From the NCBI GenBank assembly GCA_964410585.1, contig CAYPFW010000002.1, positions 96,001 through 160,000 of the forward strand: a DNA stretch of 64,000 nucleotides, written 5' to 3'. The notes under the pieces were generated by a model that had not been told where the DNA came from, did not search any database, and saw only the letters and a program-made list of their open reading frames with translations. Made by a program: the position numbers and the translations under genes. Positions 9,042 to 18,894 of the stretch are shown one piece after another. The number at the start of each line of letters is the position of its first letter. Position 1 is the first letter of the stretch. Origin of the DNA: an uncultured archaeon (lineage in GTDB: Archaea > Aenigmatarchaeota > Aenigmatarchaeia > QMZP01 > JACQNV01).

Positions 9042-10679
9042 TTACCCACCTTCAAAAAGATCGTCTACGAATTTCTTTGGATCAACAGGTCCACCTTCAA
9101 CGCTAAGATCATCGTCTGCTGGTGCTGGTTTTGGAGCTGGCTTAGGTGCTGCCGGAGCTTTTGGTTTTGGTGAAGGTTTTGAAGCACCTCCTGTTCTTGG
9201 TGGAGCTTCAGCTTCACGTCTTCGAGGTGGCGCTCCTCTTTCAGGTTCTTGTGCTCTGTATCCAGTCAAAGCTGAGATTACTGAGCCACCAAGTTCTTGT
9301 AATCTAGTAGCATATCTTCCAAGTTCTTCTCTAATTCCGCCAAAAGCGCTTGACACAGCAGTATCTACAGACCTTTGGTCAACTGGTATTGTTCTTCCTT
9401 TCAAAGAATTATCAACAGCTTTTCTAACAGAATCTTCATCAACAAGAACTGTCCTTCCTCTAAGCGCAGCATCAACGGCTCTGTTAACTGATTCTGGATC
9501 AACTGGTACAGATCTTCTTTCCATCTCTGCATCAATTGCTGCTTTCACAGCTGCTGCAATTGGTTGAATATTAACATCTACTGTTCTTCCTTCCATTGCT
9601 TTTTCAACAGCGCTTTTCACAGCGTCATCTAATCCTCTTAGGTCAATAGGAACTCTTCTATCCCCAAAAGCAGCATCTACAGCAGCCGCCACATAAGAAT
9701 TTATTTTTTCCTGATCAACACCAAGTGTCCTCCCATCAAATGCTTTGTCTACAGATGTTTTCACAGAATTTGGATCAATTGATATTTGTCTATCTCTGAA
9801 ATAATTTCCAAGAGCTTCTGAAACAGCAGAAGTAAGCGCTGTTCTATCTGTTGGTTCTTTTCCTTTCAGTGCTTCTTCAACAGCTTTTTTCAGTGCTTCT
9901 GAATCTACAGAAAATGTTTTCCCCTGAAGAGCAGCATCAACTGCAGTTTTAATATCTGCATACAATTCATTTCGATCAACTTTAGCAGTGACTCCCCTTG
10001 CTGCTTCTGAAAATATTTGTGAAAGTCTATTATAATCAATTTGTTGTCCTTGTGCTGTTGCTAGCTTTCTTATTTCCACTAAATCTGTTTCTGAAAGTCC
10101 ATATCTTTTTTCTAAAAGTTGGTTTGCCAAACCGCCAACTTGATCCAACTTTCCTATTGCCTCACCAAGTTTTTGTACAAGTGCGTCAACGTCTTGTGTT
10201 TTTGTGTGACTTGGTTCTGTGGCTTCTGTCGCAGGTTTTGATTGAGCTTCTTTTATTTGATCAAGACAATTTCTAACTTCCTCAAAAATTGCAACCATGA
10301 AAATGTCGCTTGCTCCTGTTGCTATTTTTTCTATTTGTTCTGTTTTTCCCCAGAAAGCATCCGCCAAAATTTGATATCCTTTTTCTATTTGATTTGCCCA
10401 AGATTCCATTCCCTTAACTGCTCTAGCTAATTGAGTCTCATATGGTTTGTCTTGTGCTGCAAGTATTTTTGCAATTTCTAAGTCAGATAAATAACCATTA
10501 ATTCGATCAAGAACTCTTGGAACCCTTTCATCTCCTCTTTCCATTGCCCTTCTAAACCTGGGGTGTTGTGTTGTTAATTTATATAATCTCCTATACACAC
10601 CTTCTAGTCTTTCAATTGGTCCTGTGCCTTCTATTCCTGCTTCTTCGAATAAGAACTGGTATAAAGTCCTTTCTGCCAT
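9042..10679 (-). CDS. Hypothetical protein with about 10 tandem 20-24 aa repeats
   Basis: Repeat unit (V/I)xVDxxxVxxAVxxA(L/F)xGRT; Pro/Lys linker near the C-terminus. Confidence 0.85.
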   Translation of the reverse strand: MAERTLYQFLFEEAGIEGTGPIERLEGVYRRLYKLTTQHPRFRRAMERGDERVPRVLDRINGYLSDLEIAKILAAQDKPYETQLARAVKGMESWANQIEKGYQILADAFWGKTEQIEKIATGASDIFMVAIFEEVRNCLDQIKEAQSKPATEATEPSHTKTQDVDALVQKLGEAIGKLDQVGGLANQLLEKRYGLSETDLVEIRKLATAQGQQIDYNRLSQIFSEAARGVTAKVDRNELYADIKTAVDAALQGKTFSVDSEALKKAVEEALKGKEPTDRTALTSAVSEALGNYFRDRQISIDPNSVKTSVDKAFDGRTLGVDQEKINSYVAAAVDAAFGDRRVPIDLRGLDDAVKSAVEKAMEGRTVDVNIQPIAAAVKAAIDAEMERRSVPVDPESVNRAVDAALRGRTVLVDEDSVRKAVDNSLKGRTIPVDQRSVDTAVSSAFGGIREELGRYATRLQELGGSVISALTGYRAQEPERGAPPRRREAEAPPRTGGASKPSPKPKAPAAPKPAPKPAPADDDLSVEGGPVDPKKFVDDLFEGG

Positions 10680-10765
10680 AATTACCCATCAGTGGTATTT
10701 AACTTAATTTATCGCAGTAAGTCTTTTAAAGGGAAAGCTAAAAAACCGTAAAACTTAAATAGGGT

Positions 10766-11641
10766 ATGATAGACGTTCACTGTCATTTGGAGCAAAAACA
10801 ATATGATTTGGATAGAGACAAAGTTATAGAAGCCTGCAAAAAAAGCCTGAAAGTAGTTGTTTCATCTTGTGCAAATCCAAAAGACCTGGATCTTTCTTTG
10901 GAAATGGTTGAAAGGCACAAGGGTTTTGTCTTCCTAGCAACTGGTTTGCATCCTGAGTATATCAAAGAAATTTCTGAAAAAGAAAAAGACGAATATTTGG
11001 AAAAAATAAAAGAAAATAAAAATAAAATTGTGGCTGTCGGCGAAATTGGTTTAGATTATTTTTGGATTTCAGATACTGTTTTGCAGAAAAAGCAGCAAGA
11101 ACAATTTAGAGAACTTATCAGATTTTCAAAAGAAATCAAAAAACCTCTTGTCATACACTCCAGAAATTCAAATGAGGATTTAGTGAAAATTTTAGAGGCC
11201 GAAGATGCGAAGAAAGTCATCCTCCATATGTTCAATGGAAAAGATTTATTGAATAAAGTTGTTGAAAACAACTGGCTTATTTCAATCAGCTACCTAATCA
11301 AACGAAGCAAAGACTATAGAAAAATCGCAAAACTGCTTCCTCTGGAAAATATTGTTTTGGAAACAGATGCGCCGTGGAACGGAATTCAACTACCTGAAAA
11401 AGACTTTTCAGAAATTTTTTTGAAAGAAAACTTAAGTGTTCTAGGGAATTTACCAACTAACCAATTGAAAGAACCACTATCCATGAAAATAAAAGATGGC
11501 TGGATCACCTTGCGAAATACACCTTTGGCAATCAGACCAGCAGCAGAAAAAATCGCAGAAGAGAAAGGCCTTCCTTTCGAAGAGGTCTGGAAAAAGTGCG
11601 GCGAAAACGCAGAGAAGTTTTTTGGTCTGTCTAAAGGCTGA
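10766..11641 (+). CDS. tatD: TatD-family nuclease
   Basis: DVHCH, GLHP, GEIGLDY, IHSR and LETDAP motifs. Confidence 0.95.
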   Translation: MIDVHCHLEQKQYDLDRDKVIEACKKSLKVVVSSCANPKDLDLSLEMVERHKGFVFLATGLHPEYIKEISEKEKDEYLEKIKENKNKIVAVGEIGLDYFWISDTVLQKKQQEQFRELIRFSKEIKKPLVIHSRNSNEDLVKILEAEDAKKVILHMFNGKDLLNKVVENNWLISISYLIKRSKDYRKIAKLLPLENIVLETDAPWNGIQLPEKDFSEIFLKENLSVLGNLPTNQLKEPLSMKIKDGWITLRNTPLAIRPAAEKIAEEKGLPFEEVWKKCGENAEKFFGLSKG

Positions 11642-12035
11642 CACTGCTTCTTGCCCCACAAACTTCACATTTCAAAAATAAAAATCTGTCTTCTTTTTCT
11701 AATTTTGAGTCAGGCTTTCCGCACTCAGGGCAATAAACATATTTTTTCAAGTAGAGTTCAATTTTTTTATCAACCGCCTGTTTGAAAAATTTCCCAATTA
11801 CAACAAGTCTTTTCCCTTCCAATTCACCAGAAGTCGCCAGTTCTTTAACTAAAAATTTCATCAAGTGGTTTGGATCCCTTCGCATTGCTTGTGCGATGTC
11901 AACAAAATTAACAATTGTTGTTTTCAAGCCAGTTGGCTGAATTTGAACTTCAGGTAAAACAAATCTGCTTGCTTCTTCTGTTCTTTTAGGAAGCTTCTCG
12001 TATGCTGCTTTCAGCATTTCTTCATAATTAGACAT
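11631..12035 (-). CDS. eif2b: Translation initiation factor aIF2 beta
   Basis: YEEML..AY..LP, RF.LP and Zn ribbon CPECGKPDS...CEVCGA. Confidence 0.95.
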   Translation of the reverse strand: MSNYEEMLKAAYEKLPKRTEEASRFVLPEVQIQPTGLKTTIVNFVDIAQAMRRDPNHLMKFLVKELATSGELEGKRLVVIGKFFKQAVDKKIELYLKKYVYCPECGKPDSKLEKEDRFLFLKCEVCGARSSVSL

Positions 12036-12129
12036 AAGTGTAATTGAATATGGTGTTATAAAAAGATACTTTCCAAAAAAATTCAGAAAAAACAGTAGTC
12101 TTTATATATCTTATTTCCAAGTATAACAC

Positions 12130-12285
12130 AGTTAATTTGGAAGTAGTGAATTACTTTCAGGAATTTTCAATAGCCGGATTGGTTTAGTTGCTGGGGAGCA
12201 GCTAAGCTAAGAAACAACCAATAGAAAATAAGTTTCAAATGCAATTGGGGAATTGCTTTTGAGATTTCGGGGAATTAAGATCGTG
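12130..12285 (+). ncRNA. Putative structured RNA with GGGG-tetraloop hairpins upstream of ftsZ
   Basis: TATA-like TTTATATA at ~12101; stems 12139-12160, 12179-12210 and 12232-12265 with G-U pairs on the + strand; no ORF. Confidence 0.45.
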
Positions 12286-12340
12286 CTAATTTTTGTTAAA
12301 ACTAATTATAAAACTTAGGAGTATATTTAAAAAGGATTTC

Positions 12341-12354
12341 TATACTGCAGTATA
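12341..12354. promoter_or_regulatory. Perfect palindrome TATACTGCAGTATA near the putative ftsZ promoter
   Basis: 14-bp palindrome just downstream of a TATTTAAA box (~12324); a related TATACT..AGTATA follows it. Confidence 0.4.
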
Positions 12355-12430
12355 TACTTTCCAGTATAGGCGTTCTTTTCGAGTTGGCGATTATAACATA
12401 ATCGCTTTTCACTCATGAGGGGGGTAAAAA

Positions 12431-13561
12431 ATGAATTCGCTTATACAATCGGCCTTTGAAAGGGTCGCAGCTGGAACATCTTCAGGTCCTGTTAAATCAG
12501 AGCCTGTTGTAACACCTGAACAATTGAAAGCATTAGCTCAAGAGTTTGGGATAGAAGCAAAGGATGCAAAAATAGTTGTAGTTGGTGCAGGCGGAGGCGG
12601 TAACAACACAGTGACAAGGCTCGCTAACATGGGAGTCACGGGGGCAAAAACAATAGCAATGAACACAGACATGAAACACTTAGCTGTCTCAAAAGCAGAT
12701 CAAAGGCTTCTCATAGGAAAAGAATTGACAAGAGGCCTTGGTGCAGGCGGTTATCCAGACATAGGCAGACGCGCAGCAGAAGAAAGTGAAAGAGAAATCA
12801 AACAGGCAATACAAGGTGCTGATATGCTTTATGTTGTTGGTGGTCTTGGTGGTGGAACAGGAACAGGCTCCCTTCCAGTAATTGCAAAATATGGAAAAGA
12901 AATGGGTGCTATTGTAATAGGCACAGTCACAATGCCTTTCAAAATCGAAGGAACAAGAATGAGAAAAGCAGAAGAAGGCTTGCAACTATTAAGACAAGTC
13001 TCTGACACATCAATTGTGATACAGAATGACAAGCTTCTAAGGTTCGCAGGCGATCTTCCAATTGAACAGGCTTTTCAGTTGGCCGACAATCTAATTGCAA
13101 CAATGTTGAAAGGCGTCACAGAAACAATTGCAACACCTTCTCTTGTCAACCTAGATTATGCAGATGTTCGAGCTATAATGCATTCTGGTGGTGTCGCAGC
13201 AGTTGGTTTTGGAGAATCAAATACAAAAAACAGAGCAGAAGATGCAGCAATAAAGGCATTGACAAACCCGCTTTTGGAAGTAGACTACGCAGGCGGTTCA
13301 GGCGCGCTCTTGCACATCACAGGTGGCAAGGATCTAAAACTTGATGAAGTCAATTTAGTTGGTGAATATGTTTCAAGCCAATTAGACGACGATGCACAAG
13401 TCATTTGGGGAACAAGGATAGATCCAGCAATGACAGGAAAAATAAGGGTGATCACAATAATCACAGGCGTCAAATCACCATACATCTTAGCTCCTGTTGA
13501 AAAGCAAAGAGAAGTCCAAAGAAATTTCCAACAAGAACTGGGGATTGATTTGCTTGCCTAG
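12431..13561 (+). CDS. ftsZ: Cell division GTPase FtsZ (FtsZ2-like)
   Basis: GGGTGTG tubulin motif, [24 protein letters not shown]; strong SD GAGGGGGG. Confidence 0.97.
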   Translation: MNSLIQSAFERVAAGTSSGPVKSEPVVTPEQLKALAQEFGIEAKDAKIVVVGAGGGGNNTVTRLANMGVTGAKTIAMNTDMKHLAVSKADQRLLIGKELTRGLGAGGYPDIGRRAAEESEREIKQAIQGADMLYVVGGLGGGTGTGSLPVIAKYGKEMGAIVIGTVTMPFKIEGTRMRKAEEGLQLLRQVSDTSIVIQNDKLLRFAGDLPIEQAFQLADNLIATMLKGVTETIATPSLVNLDYADVRAIMHSGGVAAVGFGESNTKNRAEDAAIKALTNPLLEVDYAGGSGALLHITGGKDLKLDEVNLVGEYVSSQLDDDAQVIWGTRIDPAMTGKIRVITIITGVKSPYILAPVEKQREVQRNFQQELGIDLLA

Positions 13562-13586
13562 TTGTAGATTTTATTTTTATCTACAA
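13562..13586. terminator. Inverted repeat between convergent ftsZ and hydrolase genes
   Basis: TTGTAGAT...ATCTACAA. Confidence 0.45.
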
Positions 13587-13597
13587 TTCTTAGAAAG

Positions 13598-14293
13598 CTA
13601 TTCTGATCTCAGAATAGCGTTCCTTATTTTTTCATAAACTAACTCATTGTACAAAATTCCAGCATGTCCTATTCCTTCAAGCTCTAAACTGTCAGGTGCA
13701 TCTGTGCTTCCAGAACTTTTTGCAGGTACAATCCAATCACCTTCTCCATACAAATTAATTTTTCTTGTGCCATTAAGTGATTGCCGAGATTTCAAATCCC
13801 TCAAAAATTTGCTTCCAGGCAAAAGCTGCCTGCCAGATGGAGTCATTATACCTAACCATGCTACATAGGTCCCATCATATGGACAAGAAAGATAAATTGC
13901 AGTTCTAACCCTCTCTCCAATTCCAGGAAGTTTAGTCAAACCATCCACTATAAGGGCGCCCATACTGTGACCCAAAAGATCAAGTTCGCCTTCTGGTTGT
14001 TTTGCTTTTATTTGTTCAGCTACTTCATGAGTTGATTCTTCTATGTCTCTCAAAAAATTATAGCTTATAGGGTCTAGTCTTATTCTATCTCTTTGAAGTC
14101 TGTCCCTAAGCGGTCTAAATGGTCCTATTCCCCACTGTGCATACCCATGGACAGCATAAATAGTTCCCCTAGAACTATAGCGAGGATCAGATCCTTGATC
14201 AATAACACTTGCAGCGTGATCTACAGCATTTCTTAAAATAGCTTGAGGTTCGGTTAATCCACTGCTTATTGGATCTCTTTCCAATCCCTTCAT
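13598..14293 (-). CDS. Alpha/beta hydrolase (lipase-like)
   Basis: VHG, GHSMG, GT..A, D.IV and GH motifs. Confidence 0.88.
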   Translation of the reverse strand: MKGLERDPISSGLTEPQAILRNAVDHAASVIDQGSDPRYSSRGTIYAVHGYAQWGIGPFRPLRDRLQRDRIRLDPISYNFLRDIEESTHEVAEQIKAKQPEGELDLLGHSMGALIVDGLTKLPGIGERVRTAIYLSCPYDGTYVAWLGIMTPSGRQLLPGSKFLRDLKSRQSLNGTRKINLYGEGDWIVPAKSSGSTDAPDSLELEGIGHAGILYNELVYEKIRNAILRSE

Positions 14294-14379
14294 CTTAATT
14301 TTTGTGTCAGCAAAAATAAATACCTTATCGAAACCGAGTTATTCAATATTTATATATAAGGAAAACATACCTTGTAGAT

Positions 14380-14835
14380 ATGGCGCGAATGTACTCTCGT
14401 AAAAAAGGAAAATCAGGTTCAAAAAAACCAATGGAAAAAATAGCTCCATGGGTTTCATATTCACCAAAAGAAATAGAGGAAGTCATAGTCAAACACGCAA
14501 ACCAAGGCATGCAGTCTGCGAAAATTGGTTTGGTTTTGAGGGATAAATACGGCATTCCGTCTGCTCGTTTACAAACAGGCAAAAAAGTCTCAAAAACTTT
14601 GAAAGAAAGAAACGTCTACCCAAAACTTCCAGAAGATCTTTTAAATTTGCTGAAAAGATCTGTGAATCTTTATGATCATCTAAAAAACAACAAAAAAGAC
14701 TACACTTCTAAGAGAGGTTTGGAAATAACAGAATCAAAAATCAGGAAGCTTTCCAACTATTACAAGGAAACAAAAGTCCTTCCACCAAGCTGGAAATACA
14801 ATGCAGACGAGGCAAGATTGCTCGTGAAAGGATAA
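14380..14835 (+). CDS. rps15: Ribosomal protein S15 (S13e)
   Basis: MARMYSRKKGKSGS, LPEDL and ESKIRKL..YYK motifs. Confidence 0.98.
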   Translation: MARMYSRKKGKSGSKKPMEKIAPWVSYSPKEIEEVIVKHANQGMQSAKIGLVLRDKYGIPSARLQTGKKVSKTLKERNVYPKLPEDLLNLLKRSVNLYDHLKNNKKDYTSKRGLEITESKIRKLSNYYKETKVLPPSWKYNADEARLLVKG

Positions 14836-14858
14836 GAAGCCTTTTCTTAATAATCAAT

Positions 14859-15563
14859 ATGACAAAAGATAGACAAAGGCATCTAGTTTTATTCGACATA
14901 GGTGCAGTCCTTTTACATTTAGATTTTGAGAGATTCTACAAAGCAGCCTCTTCTTTGTCTTCTAGATACAGAACACAAGAAGGTTTCAAAGAAGCTTATG
15001 CATCTAGCAAACTAGAGTCTGATTTTATGAAAGGCCTATTAAACTCAGACGATTTTTTGGACAAACTAAGAGGTCTAATTGATCCAAACAGAGAAGTTTC
15101 TTCTGAAGAACTAAAAGAAATTTTCAGCTATCGTTTAGGGAAGCCAGTCGATGATGTTGTCAAGTTAAAAAAGAGGCTTCGGCTTGCTGGATATTCCGTA
15201 GGCATATTCTCAAACACAACTGTTCTTGATTTTGCAGTATTCCAAAGATATCCGGATATGCTCGAAGCAACTGGTCCCTCTATATACTCATTCCAAAATC
15301 AATCCCTGAAGCCAGAGCCAAAAATGTATGGACTGATAAAAGGCTTTGATTCTGTCACATTTATCGACGACAAGGAAAGCTATCTAAGAACAGGAGTAGA
15401 GCAATTTGGTTGGAACGGTATACTTTTCACGCCGTTTATAGATAGGTCGGAGGCAATTAGGGCTGTTCACACAGATACTTCTAAACCGCAAGAAAGGTTT
15501 AGAATTGCAAATTCTGTAGGAGAATTAGAGGATTCCTTGAGACATTTTGGAATACAAATCTGA
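14859..15563 (+). CDS. HAD-superfamily phosphatase
   Basis: FDIGAVL, FSN, KPEP and FIDD motifs. Confidence 0.85.
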   Translation: MTKDRQRHLVLFDIGAVLLHLDFERFYKAASSLSSRYRTQEGFKEAYASSKLESDFMKGLLNSDDFLDKLRGLIDPNREVSSEELKEIFSYRLGKPVDDVVKLKKRLRLAGYSVGIFSNTTVLDFAVFQRYPDMLEATGPSIYSFQNQSLKPEPKMYGLIKGFDSVTFIDDKESYLRTGVEQFGWNGILFTPFIDRSEAIRAVHTDTSKPQERFRIANSVGELEDSLRHFGIQI

Positions 15564-15596
15564 AACTACTTATTTACTTCTCTCTAATCTTATTCT

Positions 15597-17534
15597 ATGG
15601 ACAAATCTGGAATCTCTTCCCTAGACTTGAAGTTTTTGAAAAAAGAACTCCTCAAAAACCTAGCTGGAGGCATCTTCAAAAAAGTTTACCAGTACCAAGG
15701 AATAGACGGTTACCAATTTATTTTTGAAATATACTCTCCAATATCAAAAGAAGAAAAAAACCTTTTTTTGTATGTAGACAAATCAAAAATCTACTTGACA
15801 AAGTCAAAACAAGATGCCCCAACTGAGCCGCCATCTTTTTGCATGTTCCTTCGAAAAAATCTTTCAGGACAAAAAATCAGGGACATTTGCCAATATAAAT
15901 TTGATAGAATTCTTGAAATACATACAGATGAAAACATTTTGATATTCGAGTTTTTTTCAAGGGGTAATGTCATACTCTGCGATTCATTTAAAAAAATAAT
16001 CATGCCTTTGGATTTGCAGTCTTGGAAAGATAGGCAAATAAAACCAAAACTCCCTTACAAATACCCGCCAACATCTTCAGATCCTTTTGAATTGGATTTG
16101 CAAGAGCTGATAAGCTTAGCTTCAAAAACAGAAAAAAATCTAGCGAGTTTTTTAGCTGTGAGTTTAGGTCTTGGTGGCGATTATGCAAATGAAGTCTGCA
16201 AGCTTGCTAATCTTGATCCACAGAAACCAGCAAATAGAGCCTCTTTGGAAGACCTTGCAATCCTACACAAAACAATTGAGAACCTAGGAAAAAGAGAGCC
16301 AAGCCCAGCAATTTATGAAAACTTCATCTCGCCTTTTCCCTTAGAAATTTTCAAAGACAAAAAACCAAAATCTGGGCCATCGTTTTCAGAAGCACTTGAA
16401 GAATTTTTCTCGGGAAAAGAAGAGGGAAAAATAAAGTCAATTCAAGAAAAAGAAGAAAGGAGTCAGGAAGAAAAAGTCCAAAGGATTTTAGAATCAAGAA
16501 AGCAAGCAGTTGAAAAACACGAAAAAGCAGAGCAGGAGCTAAAACAAATAGCAGACGATATTTACAACAACTACCAGTTTGTTGATTCTATCCTTCTCCA
16601 AATAAAAAAAGCAATTTTCTCAGGAAAAACTTGGCCCGAAATAAAACAAGAAATGCAAAAACTTCCAGAATCAAAATCAATAAAGGAGATAAGAGAAAAA
16701 GAAGGCATTGTTGTAGTTGTTTTGTCTGGAAAACCAATTAACCTAGACTTCAGAAAATCAGTCGAAGAAAATGCAGCTAGATTTTACGAAAACGTAAAAC
16801 ATGAGAGGTCGAAGAAAGAGGGGGCTATTTTGTCTTTGGAAAAAACTGTTCAAGAGGAGAAAAAACCGGAGACAAAAATCCCAGTGAAAAGGCCGAGGAA
16901 AAAATGGTATGAAAAGTTTAGATGGTTTTTCTCTTCATCTGGTTTTTTGGTTGTTGCAGGTAGGGATGCAAAAGACAATGAAAACATAGTCAAAAAGCAT
17001 GCAGAGTCTCAAGATCTTTTATTCCATGCAGACATCCATGGGGCTGCTTTTGTTCTAATAAAGTCCCAAAACAAGCCAATAGATGAAATAACAATAAAAG
17101 AAGCTTCTGAATTTTCAGCTGCTAATTCCAAGGCATGGGCAAAAAATATCGGCTCAGTTGATGTGTTTTCGTTTAAACCAGAGCAAGCAACAAAACCTGT
17201 ACACCTCCCTAAAGGTTCTTTTGTAATAGAAGGCCCAAGGCAATGGTTTAAGGATTTGGAACTAAAACTATCTATAGGTGTGAAAATAGATAGGGAAAAA
17301 AACACAGCCTCTGTTGTCTCGGGCCCAGTCATGTCTGCGAGAAAATATTCCACGTATTTTTTGACAATAAAACCAGGATACAAAGAATCCTTAGACCTTT
17401 CAAGGGATATAAAAAACAAACTTCTACTAAAATCAAAACCAGAGGACAAGTTTTTGATAGATAAAATACCTTTGGAAGACATACAGAGATGCATACCCTC
17501 TGGAAAAGGAGATATCGAAGAAGGCGGATTATGA
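15597..17534 (+). CDS. rqcH: Ribosome rescue protein RqcH/Rqc2 (NFACT)
   Basis: PPSFCMFLRK, WYEKFRWF, GRDA..NE and FHADIHGA motifs. Confidence 0.95.
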   Translation: MDKSGISSLDLKFLKKELLKNLAGGIFKKVYQYQGIDGYQFIFEIYSPISKEEKNLFLYVDKSKIYLTKSKQDAPTEPPSFCMFLRKNLSGQKIRDICQYKFDRILEIHTDENILIFEFFSRGNVILCDSFKKIIMPLDLQSWKDRQIKPKLPYKYPPTSSDPFELDLQELISLASKTEKNLASFLAVSLGLGGDYANEVCKLANLDPQKPANRASLEDLAILHKTIENLGKREPSPAIYENFISPFPLEIFKDKKPKSGPSFSEALEEFFSGKEEGKIKSIQEKEERSQEEKVQRILESRKQAVEKHEKAEQELKQIADDIYNNYQFVDSILLQIKKAIFSGKTWPEIKQEMQKLPESKSIKEIREKEGIVVVVLSGKPINLDFRKSVEENAARFYENVKHERSKKEGAILSLEKTVQEEKKPETKIPVKRPRKKWYEKFRWFFSSSGFLVVAGRDAKDNENIVKKHAESQDLLFHADIHGAAFVLIKSQNKPIDEITIKEASEFSAANSKAWAKNIGSVDVFSFKPEQATKPVHLPKGSFVIEGPRQWFKDLELKLSIGVKIDREKNTASVVSGPVMSARKYSTYFLTIKPGYKESLDLSRDIKNKLLLKSKPEDKFLIDKIPLEDIQRCIPSGKGDIEEGGL

Positions 17535-18046
17535 TAGACGAAGAGGAATATGTTGACATAGTTGATGAAAACGATATAGTTATTGGGAAAGAAACAAAAG
17601 AAAACAAAATAAAGAAAAATCTGATAAGCAGAAATGTTATAATATTCGTTGTGGATAAAAACAAAAACCTATTTATCACAAAAAGGTCGCCCCATAAAAG
17701 AACGTGCCCAAATATGTATGATGTATCTGCTGTTGGTAATATAAAATCTGGTGAGAGTCCAGAGAAAGCCGCTGAAAGAGAATTGAAAGAGGAGCTTAAT
17801 ATAAAATGTGACTTGAAATTTTTTGGTAAGCTTCTTAACGAGTTTTATGATGGTGATTTGTTTTTAAGATATTATAGCTATGTTTTTCTAGGAACACATC
17901 ATGGAGATATAAAGTTGGGTACTGAATTAACAGAACTGAAAAAAGTTGCATGGAAAGATGTGAAAAGCTTGGTTAGTAGTAACAAAGATCAATTTACCCC
18001 TGGTTTTTTAAAAGATTTTGAGCTTGTTAAGGAGCATTTAAAATGA
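17531..18046 (+). CDS. NUDIX hydrolase, IDI type 1/YfcD-like
   Basis: VDIVDEND, KRS..K..CP.MYD, GES...AA.REL.EEL; ATGA overlap with rqcH. Confidence 0.85.
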   Translation: MIDEEEYVDIVDENDIVIGKETKENKIKKNLISRNVIIFVVDKNKNLFITKRSPHKRTCPNMYDVSAVGNIKSGESPEKAAERELKEELNIKCDLKFFGKLLNEFYDGDLFLRYYSYVFLGTHHGDIKLGTELTELKKVAWKDVKSLVSSNKDQFTPGFLKDFELVKEHLK

Positions 18047-18864
18047 ACGCATACTTAGAAATTTTGAGGCCAACAGTTTGTTTGATGACTGTGTTAGCTC
18101 TGGTAGTTGGTGGAATAGTCTCACAATCGCTTGTTTTTCCTCAATTGATTTTTGCAATCCTCGCAGGCTTCCTGATAACAGGCGGCGGTAACATAATCAA
18201 CGACTATTTTGATGTTGAAACAGATCGGATAAACTCACCAAACAGGCCTATACCTTCTGGGAGATTTCCGAAAAAATTTGCCTTGCCATATTTTGCAATT
18301 GTAAATATTTTGGGTCTTGTGTTTGCTTATTTAATAAACACAAATTTCTTGCTGATAGCTGTTGTGAATTTTGTAGTTTCAACAATCTATTCATGGAAAC
18401 TCAAAACAACACCTTTAGTTGGGAATATAGCAGTGAGCTATTTGGGTGCTGTCTCTTTTTTCGCAGCTGGTTTAATTTCAATGAGCTTTTCCCAAACTTT
18501 GGCTCATCCTGTTTTCATCCTTGCTGTCATTGGTTTTTTTGGCACTTTGGCTCGGGAAATTTTGAAAGACATCCGCGATGTTAGAGGCGACAAAGCAATT
18601 GGCGCAAAAACTTTACCAATCATAACCTCAGAAAAAATAGCGAGTATAGTTGCAAATGTTTCTTTGGTTGTTGGAATCCTGCTCCTGTTCATACCTTTTA
18701 TTTTTGGAATGTTCAAAATCGTTTATTTGGCTTCTCTTATTCCAGCTGTTTTAGTTTGCTTGTATACATTTTTGAAGCCTCCAGAAAAAGCAGAGAAATT
18801 TGTCAAGCTCGCGATCTTCCTTGTTTTCTTGGCGTTTATTTTGGGAAGTTTGGTTCAATCCTAA
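18043..18864 (+). CDS. Digeranylgeranylglyceryl phosphate synthase (UbiA family)
   Basis: INDYFDVETDRIN.P.RPIPSG and REILKDIRD..GD...GAKTLP motifs; multi-TM. Confidence 0.88.
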   Translation: MNAYLEILRPTVCLMTVLALVVGGIVSQSLVFPQLIFAILAGFLITGGGNIINDYFDVETDRINSPNRPIPSGRFPKKFALPYFAIVNILGLVFAYLINTNFLLIAVVNFVVSTIYSWKLKTTPLVGNIAVSYLGAVSFFAAGLISMSFSQTLAHPVFILAVIGFFGTLAREILKDIRDVRGDKAIGAKTLPIITSEKIASIVANVSLVVGILLLFIPFIFGMFKIVYLASLIPAVLVCLYTFLKPPEKAEKFVKLAIFLVFLAFILGSLVQS

Positions 18865-18894
18865 GAATAAAAAGCTTATTTTTCAACAACTAGA

